DNA of 44,871 nucleotides from a virus: IMG/VR virus record IMGVR_UViG_3300045988_128081, positions 1 to 44,871 of that record; one strand, 5' to 3'. Shown piece by piece: positions 44,817 to 44,871 of this stretch (position 1 is its first letter; each line of letters starts with the position of its first letter). The notes under the pieces were generated by a model. It saw only the letters and a program-made list of their open reading frames with translations, ran no database searches and was not told where the DNA came from. The position numbers and the translations under genes were made by a program.

Positions 44817-44871
44817 GTTTGCTTGGTGAGCCCGGCGGGATTCGAACCCACGACCTTTTGATTCGTAGTCA
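44817..44871. repeat. att site, right copy (continuous with the host tRNA gene beyond the window)
   Basis: Identical to 1..55. Confidence 0.9.
44824..44871 (-). tRNA. 3' part of tRNA-Arg(ACG); the 5' part lies beyond the window edge
   Basis: Same 48 nt as 8..55. Anticodon ACG is encoded at 44864..44866, T loop is TTCGAAT, and CCA is encoded. The gene's 5' half would lie at higher coordinates, so this is the copy that can be intact. Confidence 0.8.

Larger units (their letters stand above)
1..44871. mobile_element. Integrated temperate phage (prophage body 56..44816) bounded by att direct repeats inside a tRNA-Arg gene
   Basis: Identical 55-nt direct repeats at both window ends. Integrase plus CI/Cro switch at the right end. 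Full replication, packaging, capsid, portal, fibre and lysis gene sets lie in between. Confidence 0.93.

Overview
The window is essentially one complete integrated temperate phage (body 56..44816, about 44.8 kb). It is bounded by 55-nt direct repeats (1..55 and 44817..44871) that are the 3' part of a minus-strand tRNA-Arg(ACG) gene.

Gene layout. A zinc-ribbon/tyrosine integrase and a CI-like XRE repressor lie on the + strand at the right end. Almost everything else is on the minus strand, in this order:
- Early genes: a Cro-like HTH, a Rha-type regulator and an excisionase-like HTH.
- A Sak4/Cas4-like/DUF669-SSB/ERCC4 recombination module.
- Replication genes: a CHC2 zinc-finger protein plus an SF3-type helicase.
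- A run of small Cys-rich (Lar-like) proteins.
- A sigma-region-4-like regulator.
- Late genes: terS, terL, scaffold, major capsid, portal and fibre/receptor-binding genes. There is no tape measure, tube or sheath, so the phage looks podovirus-like.
- A lysis cassette.
- Behind an intrinsic terminator, a coiled-coil protein and a 2802-aa giant polyvalent-type protein.

Composition is high GC (about 58-60% by eye) with AGGAGG-type RBSs, which suggests a Clostridia (Oscillospiraceae-like) host. That host assignment is inference only.

Most unusual signals:
1. Two paralogous, self-contained RHH / small protein / Bro-type antirepressor cassettes (about 1800..3277 and 29297..30737). They share a conserved intergenic element with covarying hairpins and a convergent promoter-plus-terminator small-RNA candidate. 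This is reminiscent of P22 immI arc-sar-ant, but it is duplicated and has an extra gene.
2. A complete consensus-promoter / SD / 43-codon ORF / terminator unit antisense to the 3' third of the CI-like repressor gene (43137..43387).
3. A + strand island wedged between the early and late operons (26702..28861). It holds a Hol-Tox-like 27-aa membrane peptide with an SD-sequestering leader, a start-less RHH-like ORF, a convergent small-RNA unit and a J-domain protein.
4. An array of 11 TTG(C/T)AAC units between convergent genes (3713..3810).
5. Inverted 9-bp-period iterons flanking an AT-rich core next to the helicase gene, a candidate origin.
6. An in-frame amber codon splitting a conserved-looking gene (40813..40815).

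All functional calls rest on motif recognition by eye and on gene context. No database search was possible.
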